Part shown: in pieces, positions 43,669 through 56,200 of the stretch
How positions within the stretch are numbered: the stretch's first letter is position 1
How the letters are laid out: the number at the start of each line of letters is the position of its first letter
Assembly (NCBI GenBank): GCA_000388065.2
Contig: KB932201.1
Strand: one strand, 5' to 3'
Length of the DNA: 64,000 nt
DNA from: Fonticula alba ATCC 38817
Lineage: Eukaryota > Protista > Nucleariida
The notes under the pieces: model-generated
Told to the model about the DNA's origin: nothing
Database searches by the model: none
What the model saw: only the letters and a program-made list of their open reading frames with translations
Program-made: the position numbers and the translations under genes

Positions 43669-45301
43669 GGCGGGGGAAGGGACGAAACCATAACCGGATC
43701 CTCACATATGGGCACACGGACCAGCTTGTTGAAGATTTCGCGGCTGAAGAACAGCTCGCCGACAAAGCGATAATGGTTGCGCTGGCGAATGTTACGGATG
43801 ATGCCCCGCGCTTCGGCTAGCTGCTGCGCATGGGGAGACCCGACGCGGGCCGCCGAGCGAGCCAGCTCCTCGGGGGAGGACACCTTGGATCCATCGCACT
43901 GGGCCTCGCGAGCCCCGACATAGTTGGCCGAGCACCGGGGGGCGGACGCCGCGCGAACAATGTCATCCAGAACGCTGTCCGTCATGGACAGGTAGGTGTC
44001 GGCCCGGTCAATCGAGGAGGAGATGCCAAGGGCCTGGTCGGCGAGCAGCATCGCATCGACAACCATGTACTCAATGGAGGTGCCTGTTCCACACGGAATA
44101 TGGCAAGGGGGGAGCCGAGAGTCGACCAGTCGAGGAGTCCGAGGAGGAGTCAGAGGAGGGGAAGCAATGCATGGAACCGCCGACGCATGGACGCGGCATC
44201 GGCTGGGTGTTTGGCCCGGTGCACGTACCAACCCGATGTGTGTAGATCCGCTTGAAGAGGCTGTACCGAGTGTGGAACATCTCGTACAGATTGAAAACCT
44301 CCTTTTGGGGGAAGGTGATTTCATCATTGACCACACGGGCGGAGTCCATCAGGCGGCCGAAGTCGTAGCTGGTCTTGAGGCCGACATTGTGGCAGTCGCG
44401 ATTGATGTAGTCGAACTTGTCGACATCCACGCCGCTGGACTCGTTGGCCACAATTTGATAGATGTACCGGGGGATATGCTGGAACTTGGCGCTCCGCTGG
44501 CCTTGAATCAACTCCTTGATCAGCTCCACATCGAAGCCATTCTCGCCATCGATGTCGATGTAGTTCTTGTCCACCAAATCGTCCAGCATCATCTCCGATG
44601 CATCCTCATGGGTCCAACTACACCCGGGCCTGGGGGATGGAGTACATGAAAAGAAGACATGGGTGGTAGCTTGTGAGCATGGGCCCGGGGAGAGAGGGGG
44701 GGCGGGAGCGAGAGAAGGGAGACGGACCGCGCCCGGGGGATGAATTGACCATCGAAGACATGGCTGAAGGGGCCGTGCCCGAGGTCATGGCAAAGCCCGG
44801 CAATGGTGACGGAATTCAGCAGATGCGTGGCCTGACGCGGGTTGTCGAAGTCGAGCCTCTGCTCGCGCTGCAGGCGCCCAAGCAGGGTGTTGGCCAGGTA
44901 CCCGACGCCAAGCGAATGCTCGAAGCGATTGTGAGACGCGCTGGGGAAGACGTAATACGCGCAGCCCAGCTGCATCAGGTTGCGCAGGCGTTGGAATTGC
45001 TCGGTATCGATGATGTCGAAATATTTCTGGGGGGGGGGGGAGGGGGGTCCAGAGGATGTGAGTGTCAGATGGGACATTCGGCAGGTCGGTCGAAGTGCCA
45101 TCGACAATACTCGGGCAAGTGGCTCATGATGGGGGGGGGGGGGGAAATCAAGCAGACGAGGAGTACCTTCGGCAGGCGGTATTGTCCGTGGATGTTGTCA
45201 TTCAGGGACCGGTAGGGGTTGACATTGTAGTCAGAGCCATCTGAGGCTGCATCGTCGCCGGTCAAGGAGCGGATCGGTGTCGACGGATCGGTGAAGCTCA
45301 T
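42695..45301 (-). CDS. SAMHD1: SAMHD1-like HD-domain dNTP triphosphohydrolase lacking a SAM domain, 6 exons
   Basis: NDNIHGQY; [17 protein letters not shown]; [10 protein letters not shown]; [16 protein letters not shown]; WTHEDAS; [20 protein letters not shown]; [17 protein letters not shown]; [17 protein letters not shown]. All match recalled SAMHD1 motifs. Stop at 42695. Confidence 0.93.
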
Positions 45302-45997
45302 AGCGGGACAGGAGAGAAAGAGGAGAAAGGGGAAAGGGACAGAAGGGGAGAGGGGAGAAAGGGGAGAAGGGGGAGAAGGAGAGGAGGAAGTTTCTTGAGT
45401 GGGGAGAGGAAACAGGGAGGAAGGAGACGAAAGGAGAGAAGCAGGGGGGGGGGGGGAGATTAGCTGAGGTCTCAGGGGCCGAGATGTGTTTAAAAGAGTG
45501 CCATTAAAATTAAAAGACACATATAGGCCGAGTTTCTGACAAAAAAAAAAGGATTCGCCCCAGGAAAGATGGATACCTGTGGCTGTCTTTGGTAGCCGGG
45601 CTTGATGATTCAGCCCCTGACCAGAGCCAAGAGCCGGGCAGTGTGCCCGCCGCAGGGGGCCCGAGTGTACCCACGCCAGCTTGACGCCTGCGCACCTGAA
45701 GCAAGACGGACGCAGGGCGCCAAGCGGGGCCGGCTGCAGGGGGGCGTGCGTCGGTGGTTGGTAATCATGTGACGAGATCGGGTGTGCGGTGAGATCATGC
45801 TCTCTGTGGAGGGCCTTCGGCTTTGACCAAAAGAGCGGCCAAAGTGGGATCGAGCTCCGCGGGAGGAGGGAAGGCAAACAACTCCGACCACTCTTCTCGC
45901 GCCCCCCCCCCCTCTCCCCTGCCCTGCCCTGTCCCCTCTTTTCCTCCCCCTTCTTCGCTTTTCGCTTTCCCCGCCTCCTCCCCCTGTTCTCCTGTCC

Positions 45998-46588
45998 ATG
46001 TCATCCGCGGAGGACTCCCCTGTCCCGGCTGGTGAGCCCTCTGGCCGCCCGGCCATCCGCTTCAAGAAGGCCCGCTCACGGTCGAACCTTCGTGTGCGCG
46101 ATGTGGAGCCGACTTCTACGGCCGGCAGCACGTCCACAGCCGCTGATGATGCCAAGCCCGACGAGTCAGAGGATGACCTGGCGCATATCGAGTAAGATAC
46201 CCTTGCTGAAGCTGCTCTGGGGGTGTTTTTTTTTCTGGCTCCCTTGCTTGTCCGTCACATTTCACTGACTCGCCCCCCCCCCCCCCCCCCCGATGCATGG
46301 TCTCCCAGGGAGATGTCTCGTGAAACGAAAGAACGCCAGCGCGCGCGCATGCGCGGTGCAGGCCTTGCCTCAGAGAACCTGCTGGTCGCGAATGCCGCCC
46401 AGAAGGAGGAGGTCAAGGACGATGCGTGCGTCGTGCTCAGTCTTCTCCTTTTTCTTCCCCGCCCTCTTTCCCATGCCTGCCCTGTGGAGATGCTTCCATC
46501 CTCTTTCTCTCTCTCTCTCTGTCTCGGTCTCTCCCCCCTCGACTTCTCAGATGGATCCACACTCACCCTCACACTCACACTCACACTT

Positions 46589-46619
<31 letters not shown>

Positions 46620-47681
46620 TCAGCCTCACTTCCCTGGAGTTCACCAAGCAGACCAATGCATTGGATGTCAACAAGCACCTGGCGGCCTTTGTCGAGAGAG
46701 AGATGCGCCTGCGCCGAGGCCAGGCCGACCCGGAGGCCCTGGCACAGGAGGCGGCCCTGGCCAACCGCCCAGCGGATCCCATTACGCAGCTCTATCGGAC
46801 GGTGGCCGAGGCCAATATCTCGGCCCTCGACAAGAACAACCTGATCAACGAGGCCAATGGCGCAGCCAGGGATGCTCAGGACGACGAGGAGGTCGGCATT
46901 TCTGCATCCATGTTGACGGCCGTCGCTGAGGTGGACCTGGGCATCGAGTGCGTGCCCCTTTCTCCGCGGGAGCCATGTTTTTTTTTTTTTGGGGGGGGGG
47001 CGTCCTTTTCCGGCCCTAACCATCCCTTTCTCGCCTTTTTTCCGTGCGCCTCTTCCTCCTGGTTGGGATTCCCTCCCCCCCCCCCTTGTATCGCACAGGA
47101 ACAAGCTTTTGAATATCGAGCGTACCGAGGCCGCACAGCAGCGGTTGATGTCTGCTTCATCCAACTTCCGCCAACGGCCGGCTGCTGCCGTGCCGGCCAA
47201 GAGCCGTGGGAGGAAGTCCGCGTCGGCCAAGGAGGCGGCTGCCCTGGCCGAGGCCGAGGCTCTCGCCACCTCGTCTGCCGGCCGGTATGGTGTTCTGCTT
47301 TTTTTTCTTCCAGCATGTGTTCCTCGCCCGGCAACTGACTATCCTTTCTCCTTCCCCACTTCCCTTTCGGGTCTCGATGTGTGTGTGTGTGTGTGTAGCC
47401 GCCCGAATTCTGGCGGACGCTTCCTACGTACGACGGATCTGCGCTCGCCATAGTGCCTTCTTTTTTTCTTTCTTCCCTCCCTACCACCCGCACTCACTCA
47501 CTTTTCCTCGCCCTTGCCCTGCCTCCTTCCTCCTGTCTCGGCTGTGCACATATCACACCCAGCCACTGAGAAGCGCACCTTCTCAGATGGGCCTGGGGCT
47601 GACATTCGGTCGACTCAGGCCACCGACGACATGGTGGCCGAGCGCTTCCGCAAGTACAACCTCGCGCGGATGCGCCGCTAA
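45998..47681 (+). CDS. C9orf78: Splicing factor C9orf78 / Tls1 (HCA59 family), 6 exons
   Basis: FTKQTNALDVNKHLAAFVEREM, SASMLTAVAEVDLGIE-NKLLNIERTEAA and ATDDMVAERFRK match recalled C9orf78 motifs (EVDLGI, KxKNIxxTExA, ATDDxxxEKFKK). Splice phases are consistent. Stop TAA at 47679-47681. Confidence 0.85.
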
Positions 47682-48225
47682 AAAAGGAGCAGAGGCGGCC
47701 GGCCGCTTCTGCCCGGTGAAAAAAAAAATACAAAAGAGAGACACTAACGCGAGCGACGGTGCTGGCAATCAAACTCGCCAAAAGGGGCGGGGCTGGGGGG
47801 GGGAGAGGGCCCCCCGGTTGTGTCCACCTGGGGGGGGGGGGGGGTGCAGTCGCACCGGAGCTGGGAGACTTCAGCATGAGTGTGATCCGATGGCAGCTGG
47901 CGGGTCGGCATGCGCTCCGTGATCGGGCTTCGCTCGGGCTGGAGTCCACTTTTGCGCGAGGTCCACATCTCCCCCCCCCCCTCCCGCGGCTCGCATTGAG
48001 AGGGGGGTCAGAATATCCACCTCCTTCACCAGTCCCGCACACGCCTCTGCCACTCTCGTAGCCTCCTCCCCCTCCCCACTCCCGCCTCGCCCCCCTTTCG
48101 TTACCTCTCTCCCTCTCTGTCCTCGCCTCGATCTTTGCTCTCCCTTTCCCTCTTGTCCTGCCCACCGAGCACCGAAGTCGCCGGACATTCGGGCTTGCCG
48201 TGTCCTCTTCATTCGGCATCGACCA

Positions 48226-48740
48226 ATGAGGCCCGCTGTCAAGGCAAGCACGCTGCTGATCTTCACGCTCGGATTCCTGTCGGGCTATTTCTTTCCCTCC
48301 ATCTCCTCCTGGGTCTCGGAGCTTTCGCTGGCGTCGATCTCCTGGCGCCAAACGGTGCATGCCCCCTTGCCCCACACAGCCCCGGTCTTTTGCCTGCGCC
48401 TGCCGATGCTGACTCGCGTTCGTAGCTGCCGACCTTTGCCTCGCTCGCTGGACTGTGCCTGGTGTTTGCCCTGTTAATTGTGGTGCCGCTCGTGCGCTTG
48501 GTCGAGAAAGAGCGTGACTTCTCCAACGCGCGACTGCAACAAGCCGGCGTGCGCCAGCCCTCGGGCTCCCCCTCCTGCTGCTCACTTCCCGCGGCTCGCA
48601 AGCATGCCACCCAGCGGTGTCTAACACCTTCCCGGGGGTGGGGCCATCCGGCGCCGATGTCCCTTTGGCACCTGGTTCAGTACCCCTGTCACGTTTCGGA
48701 TCCACTTCCGGTGTCACGCTTGCCGGGCCTTTTAATTTGA
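48226..48740 (+). CDS. Small uncharacterised two-TM membrane protein ORF (2-3 exons) just upstream of PIG-Q
   Basis: ATG 48226, phase-0 intron 48355-48425 (GTGCAT...TAG). Hydrophobic segments TLLIFTLGFLSGYFF and FASLAGLCLVFALLIVVPLV. Optional in-frame intron 48549-48602. Stop TGA at 48738-48740. No family recognised. Confidence 0.45.
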
Positions 48741-48755
48741 CCGCCCCTCTGGAAC

Positions 48756-50461
48756 ATGGCCACGCACGATCCTCGGCCGAGCGCCGGCGACTCGGGGCCA
48801 GCCATCATTTTCTGGCCCACCGACCTCAGGCTCCAGGACTGGTATGTATGCGTGCAAGCTGCCTGAGATGGCGTTGCCGGGCTTTCCCCGGCCAGAATGT
48901 TGACTGACACTGGTCTTCTCCCGGTGGGGCAGCTCCCCGGGCTTGCTTCTTGGCTGGCGTCAGGCCGGGGCCACTTGCATCAGTGCAGTGCTGCCACTGG
49001 AGGGTCGGACGCCGAGCGAGGCCGAGCAGGCAGCCACTGGGGCCCTGCATGGCTGGCCGTCCCCCTGGAAGTTGGTAGCACCCATAGTTTTGCCGGGGCC
49101 GGTGTGCACGCCGGACAGCTATGAGCCCGCCATTGTGGGTGTCTGGCTTGGGGACAGTCAGGCCGGTCCCGAGCCGTTTTCCGGTGAGTTCTACCTCCTG
49201 TCGATCGACTCATCGCCGCTTGCCTTGTTGGGGGGCCTTGCTGACGCACCTTCCTGCCCCCCTCCCCCCCCTGCTCCTCCATCTATCTAGCCCGATCCAT
49301 GGCAGCCGAGTTCCCGTTGGCGCTCGGCCGGGCGACGGGTGTGCCTCCCACGTCTGATGCCGGACTACCGATTGTCATCAGCGGCATGCGGACGGCCGGG
49401 TCTCGCTCGCATGTAATCGCCTATTCGGCCCATCAGCTGCATGGTCGAATGCCCTTCATCCGCGCATGCTTGCACGAGGCCTTTGTCTCTGGTTCGACGG
49501 AGGCGCCGGAGGGCGAAGCAGCCGGCCCCCGGGCGGCCCTTGCCACTCACCTGACCGACAAGGTGTTTGAGCCCCGGCCGCCTCGGGACCCGGCTTCTGG
49601 GGCTCTGTCACCGATGTTGCCGCTTCTGGCTCTCAGCCTTTCCCTGCATCAGTACATTGCCCGGGGATCAGCGGCACAGGCCACTGCCGGGGAGGAATCC
49701 TCCCCCGGAGCTGTCGAGCGCCTGGTCTTCCAGCTGTTGCTCCTCTGGCACACCGCGTGCGAGGTACATGTGCAGTCAGCATTCTCGAACGCCTCATTCT
49801 CGTGCTGACAGCGCTGGTGGCCCTTCTCTCTGGGCCTCTGCCCTGGCATACAGTACCTTCTTCGGTTTCTATCGATGGGTCCCTCTCCGCCACTGCTCTT
49901 TCCGCGGTCGCCCTCGTATGTTCATTATCGGCCCCAGGAGGATGGCATCCACACTTGGACCGAGCCCAAGCATCCCATCCGGACGGCGGCTGCACCGTCG
50001 GGCGCAGCTCGCCCGGCATCTGGCGATCGAAGCCCGGATGACGTACACGTGCGTTCCCGGCCCTCTCCCCCGCCCCCCTGTGCTTTGCTTTGGCGACATG
50101 TGCCACAGTGCTGACGCCCACTCAGGCTGGTGGCCCGGCTTCCGGGGCCTGGCCGTCTCCCAACAACTGGCGCGTGCCGTTGACACCGAGGTCACTGCTG
50201 ACCAGTGCGCGCCTTGTGTCTCTCTGGCTGGAGCGCTCGATGTCTTGGACGGAGCAGCTTCTGTCCGACATGTCTTGCGCACGACGTCTCCTGGCCGAGC
50301 GTGGCCCCGGACAAGCTCGCATCCTCTCGATTGGTCAAGTTTTGGCCTCCTCCATGTCGATTTGGTATGTCCCCGGGTGACAATGCCACCTCTGGCTGAC
50401 CATTCCCCTTGCGCTCGATATGATGCGCGCGCGCGCATACAAACACCCACACCCACACACA

Positions 50462-50515
<54 letters not shown>

Positions 50516-52141
50516 CACCCTCCGGGCGGGCAAGAGCTGACTCAGCTACATTTCCATGCCCAGCCTCATGGACGCTCTCTTGGCCTTCACGCTGGACATT
50601 GTCTTTGGTTGGCTGGCTGGCCGGTGGCTTCTAGCTCACTCTGATGCGGTGGTCCACCATCTGTACAGCTTCTTCGTGGTATGTGCCCTTCTGTGAGGTG
50701 TCTTTGCGCCCGGTCCCCGGCGGCATGCCTGACTCTCCGCTTCCCAGGAATATGGCGATCGCCGCATCGAATCGGCCATCCTCTGGCTGATGTCGGCTCG
50801 TCCCGGAGGCATTAAGGTTGATCCGTATATCTCCCATGCCATCGGGCAAATTTGTCTGGCTATTTTGGGCCTCTGGCGGCGTGCGCCTGTCCTCTTTCCC
50901 CCGCTCCCTCTCTCCCCCCCCCCCCTCCTCCCCCTCCCCTCCGCCTGTCCCACTTGTGCCGGACTCCCTGAGCACCTCTCTGACGCTTTGACCCTGGGAT
51001 TGCTCGTGGATTCGCCCATCTGGTCAGCCGTCCAAATGTCCCTTCTCTCTCGGCTTCCTCAGCTCCTGGCTGGTGTTGGGGCCTTCCCCCTGCCATTGTC
51101 CCTTTTGGTGTCCTTGAGTGCGGACTTTGTGTCGCTCCTACTCACGGCGCACATCGGCCTGGTGTTTGCGGCCTTTCGCACGGCGCACGCGGCCATTTTG
51201 ACCCTGGCTCCGGGGATCCTGCGCCTGGCACTGGGGCTGCCGTACTGGAATTCCCGCCGCCAGCAGTATGATCAGCTGTCTCCAGGCCCGGGACTGTCGA
51301 CCTGGCTGGTGGCAATGGCCCTGTCGGCCGGGATTGTGGCCATCGGCCCGGTGGTGGCGGCCTACTACCTGGGCGCCTCCCTGGCGGCCGGGCTATTGAT
51401 CCTGATTCCGGTGCTGGTGCAGCTGGTGGTCCACTCACTATTGAGTGGCGGCACATCGACCGGTGGCTTGCGCTTTGCCAGTGGCCTGCAGCACCTTCTC
51501 GGTGGGGGCCATTGCTTTGGTGCGTTTGGTGAGGGCCGGGGCCGGGGGGGGGGGGGGGGGGGGGCCTCGTCTGTGAGCGTCCCGTGGCCACCTATGTCTA
51601 ACTCCTGTTCTCGGACCCAGGCACGGTTTCTGTCGTGCCGCTGAATGGCAGCACCGGCAATTGCCGGTATTCCGGGCTGACCCTCGCCCGGCGGGGCCTG
51701 GTCGCGGGGCTCCTTTCCCATGGGTCGCCTTTCAGCCAGCGGCCGGACGCCTACCGAACATTGGTCGCACGAGAGCTGCGCCTGGTGATGGCTCTGGATG
51801 CCGGGGCGACTGCCTCCGGGGGCCCGGTGGTGGACGCAGACGGCGAGGCCGGTGCTGCTCGGCATCCGGCCCCGGGGTTTTGGGAGGCGCTCGGCAGTGT
51901 GGCGCGCAATTTGGCCCTCGGCCGTCGGACATTCATGGTCGGCCATGATCGCCTCAGCCACATCCGCCTGCGGCTATTTTCCATCCGCCAGGGGCGCCCG
52001 GTGACGGTGACCGGGGCCCACCCTGGCAGCGAGCCGGCCTTTTCGCCGGCCAACAGCCCGGCGGCCTACCGCGCGCAAATTCGCCGGGACCTGGCGATGG
52101 CCGCCGCGCCTGTGCCCGTCACCGCCCGAAACATTCAATAG
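48756..52141 (+). CDS. PIGQ: GPI-GlcNAc transferase subunit PIG-Q / GPI1, multi-exon
   Basis: N-terminal IIFWPTDL and PGLLLGW. Core LDIVFGWL; MSARPGGIKVDPYISHAIGQICLAILGLW; LLVSLSADFVSLLLTAHI; LRLALGLPYWNSRRQQYD; GPVVAAYYL. These align with recalled PIGQ LMGVPAGLKMN...LGRFFL, LSDIIALLTFHI, LFRGKKWNVLRQRVD, LPTTALYYL. Stop TAG at 52139-52141. Internal exon boundaries are only partly resolved. Confidence 0.78.
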
Positions 52142-53229
52142 ACGCCCCTGCATGCGCGCCCTATCTCCTGGCTGAATGCGCGCCGCTGTGTGGGTGCGGC
52201 CATATATGTGGGCGCCCCCGTGCGAGGGCCGATAATCCCCCGGGACTTCGGGCTGGCGGGCCTTCGCGGGGTCTGATCGACTGCCAACGATTGGGCGCTG
52301 CGGCGATTTAGGTAAGATGTTGGGTTATTCTTTTTCACCTGTCCGGGGCCCCCTGGGGCAAGAGGGCTGCGCGGGGGGGGGGGGGGCCGGGCGGGAACGG
52401 GAGCTGGGACGGGCCGCTGCCAGGGCGTGGCGAGCGCGCCGGGAGCGCGGGACACGATTGTCGCGGCGGCCCACGGGACCGTTGCGACTCCCCGAGACGG
52501 GCGGAGACCTGAATGTCGAACATGACAACGCTCCCCCTCCCGGCGCCCAAGCCGGCAGAAGACGGGGCCAGATCCGGTCTCGATGCGACGGCGGCCCACG
52601 CGAGCCTCGGGGGGGGGGCGGGGGCGGGGGCGGGGGGCACCCCGCGCGATCGGGAAAACTGCCTGGCCCGGCGGCGGCAGGGCGGGGGGACACACGCAGC
52701 CCGGCTGGCGGCGCTGGGCCCCGGCCCCCCAGAAGGGGGGCGTGTTTAACCCCGCACAGCGAGCCGGCCGAGTTGTGTGGAGCGAAAATGTTGGCTGATT
52801 GGCTTTTCCGCCGGTCGATTGGGGCTGGACTGGGCCTGGCAGCCCCGCCTGCCTCCGGTGAGGGCCGCGCCCTCTGTGCCGTGACTAACCTGGCCATAGT
52901 CGTCCACGCGCCCCTTCCCCCGGCGAGGCGCCCGCCGGCGAGTCTGAGATCTGCTCGGTCTGATCAGCCACCATGCTGCATGCTCATGGACATCCGACTA
53001 GGGCCATCCATTGCCTCGTCGCCCTTCCTCCCGTTGCCCCCCAGCGCGTTGATTGCCCTGTCGTGTATGCACATTCGGCGCATCCGCACCCGATACAGCC
53101 TTTTGCCCTTCCCCCATTCGCCGGCCGCCGTCTTCTCCTCCGATCCGGCCACCAGGGTCCCCTGACGCGGCTGCCCGCCGGCCGTTTCTCTCGCCCTCCC
53201 CCTTCTCCCTCTCCGTTGCTGGGAAAACC

Positions 53230-56200
53230 ATGAGTATCAACCTCCACGGTGCTGTCATCAGCCCGGGCACGGAGCATGCGCACCTCCAGCAGCAGCGGAC
53301 CCCCTCCCCACCGGTGGATGGGTCCCCCTCGAGTGACAGCCTTTCACAGGGGTCGGCGTCTGGGTCGGATGCTCCGCGCCTGTCGACCTCCCTCCCGCCG
53401 GGCGCCCAGCTGACTGGGTCTGCCTCGACGTCCTCGGGCCAGCCGCCGGCGCAGTATGCCCATGCCGGGACGCCGCGGACCGCCGGCTTCCAAGTCAGCG
53501 AGGAGCCTCCATCCCAAGGGCCCGGGGGCGAATCTGTTGAGTACTTCTGTGAGAAGCTCCTCGCAGCAGGGTCAACCTCCAGCCTGTCGACTGATCCGTA
53601 TGTTGCGGGCGAGGGGGCCGATGGGACGCATGAGATCTACCTTCCCTACCAGGTACACGGCCATGTGCCCCGGCCCGTCCCGAGCGCACACACGCACGCA
53701 CGCACGCACGCACGCACACACACGCACACACACATTTATACCTGTGAACTTTCACGCACACTTCTGCTGACGTTGCTGGCTCATGGCCTCTACCTTTCTC
53801 TCGTCCACTTGATTTCCCGGCCCTCCGATTGCCTCCTTTCCCGCCCTCGCCCCCCCCCCCTCCCCCCCCCTTATTGACTCCCTCTCCGCCTGTGACAATT
53901 CCGGCACCGTCTCCAGCACGAGGATGTTTCCCTGCTGGGCTTGGACCTTGGCGGGTCGTTGTCCAAGGTGGTGTATTTCAGCCGGCGCCGGAATCCCAAT
54001 CAACAGCCCGCCGTCGCCCCGGCGCTGCTGCCGGGAGGCGACTACCTGCCGGCCGGAGGGCGCTTGCATTTTGAGCGCTTCGCCACGCATGACATCCACC
54101 GCTTGGTGCAGTTCCTCCGGCCATTTGTGGCGGCCTGTCGCCGGGCTGCCGGACTTCCCCCCACCAGGGATCCCTCCTCCCAGGGCGACGGAGACATCAT
54201 TGAGCTCCGGGCCACCGGCGGCGGGGCCCACAAGTTTAGCCAGCTTTTCTTGGCCGAACTCGGGGTCCGGCTTGTTGCCTGTGATGAGATGCTGGCCCTC
54301 ATTCGGGGATTGAACTTCCTCCTCCGCGAGGTGCCGTGCGAGGTGTTTTCCCTGCGCGAGCGGGAGGCCGGCGCCGCGGCCGCCTCCGGGGCCGTGGAGG
54401 ACCTGGGCTCGGACAGCGAGGAAGAGGACAACATCGACGCCCCGCCGCAAGTGCGCTACCACCCGGCTCGCGAACATCCGGCCACCATGTACCCCTATCT
54501 GCTGGTGAACATTGGCTCGGGCGTGTCATTGCTGCTGGTCACCGGTCCCGACTCCTTCCAGCGTGTGGGCGGCACCAGTCTTGGTGGTGGCACCCTCTGG
54601 GGGCTGCTCAGCCTGCTGACCGACTGTGTGGATTTCGATTCGATGCTCTCCCTGAGCATGCGCGGGGACAACCGGTATGCCTGCTTCTCTCGTCCTGCCC
54701 TTCGGGTGGATTTCCCTTGGCCTCCCTGTGGTCATCCTGCTGCCATCGTCCTGGGCCATGGGCTCTCTCACACACTTGGCTGACCTGCTGCGTCCTGTGC
54801 GGCCCCCGTCCCCCCTGCACCTCCCCCGCACCTCCCCTCTGCTTCGGCGGGCCTTGTCCTCCTTTGTCCGGGATAGCAATGTGGACATGCTTGTCGGGGA
54901 TATCTATGGTGCGGATTACACGGCCGTCGGGCTGAAAGCCACAACCATCGCCTCGTCCTTTGGCAAGGTCTGGCAGCCAGACTCGCCGGGAGCCCCGGCC
55001 AGCTGCACCCACTCCGGGTCGGCTGCCCATGCTGGCCCTGGGGGCACATTCGGCGAGGATGCCGGCCATGAGGCGGGGGACGCCTCGGCGGTGGGTCCCT
55101 GCTCGCATGCGTGCGCTCGGCGCCGGCGCTTTTCGCCGGCGGATCTGGCCAAGTCGGCCCTGCTGATGGTGGCCAACAACATCGGCCAGATTGCCTACCT
55201 GACCGCACAGGCGCACAACATCAACACCATCTACTTCGGGGGGTCCTTCCTGCGTGGACATGCGGCCACTTTGCGCTCGATCTCCAGTGCCGTGGCCTAT
55301 TGGTCTGGCGGGCAGGTGGGAGCGCGTTTCCTCCGGCACGATGGGTATCTGGGCGCCCTGGGGGCCTTTTTGGAGGCGGCGACCGCGGCCGACGCGGTCG
55401 AGGCCCAGGCCTTGGCGCTGGGGGGCTTGCACCAGGGCAGCTCCGGCGGAGTGTCCGGCTTCCAGGAGAACTTTTCCCCGCGCTCTGGCGGGGGCCCGGC
55501 CGTGGCGCCGGCCGCCCCGCCGACGGCCATCCGCCTGCCCCATCGCCTGCCGGCGCTCGGTGTCTTGGAGCGTGCGGCCCAGCCGCTGGTGTCCTTCCCG
55601 CTGCTGCGCAAGCGGTCTTCCTATCGGGCGGCGACGCTGGATTTGGCCGCCATCACCCCTGCGGCGGATATCCTCCGGCGGCACTGGCTGGCGGTGTTCC
55701 GGCGTCTGGTGGAGCGCGTCTCGCGCCAGACCCTGCAGGCACTGACCAACAGCCGGCTGGCAGCGGCCAATGGCGCCGGGCTGACGGCGACCCAGCAGCG
55801 CTTGGCTTCGCAATTGCCTCGGCTGCCGGTCATGGACTTGGCCTTGGTGCAAGGGCGCTGCGATGCCTTTGAGCGGTCTTTCACGTATCTTCTGGACCGG
55901 CTGGAAGCGCAGCCGGCCGCCTACGGCTGGCTAAGCATCGCAAGCTTGCTCAATCTCCAGGAGCAGGTGGGTTCGGTCTTGGCCAGTGCAGGCCCTCTTT
56001 TCTTGTTTGTCCCCAGCTCTGTGCCTGACCATTCCGGCCGACTAATCACATCTGCATGCCGGAATTGTCCCTCGCTCTTGGCTGCTTGCTCGCCGTTCGG
56101 CTGTGATCCGTGTTTGCATGGCGCAGTGTCTGCATGAGTTTGCCGCGGCCGACCCGCTGATCAATCTGAAGCTCCATCGCAATTTGCGCGCCCTGTCGCT

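Noticed and set aside
48226-48740. Identification of the small 2-TM ORF as DPM3
   Set aside because: The topology is similar, but the DPM3 C-terminal FxDCxxAxxELxxxIxEA motif is absent.
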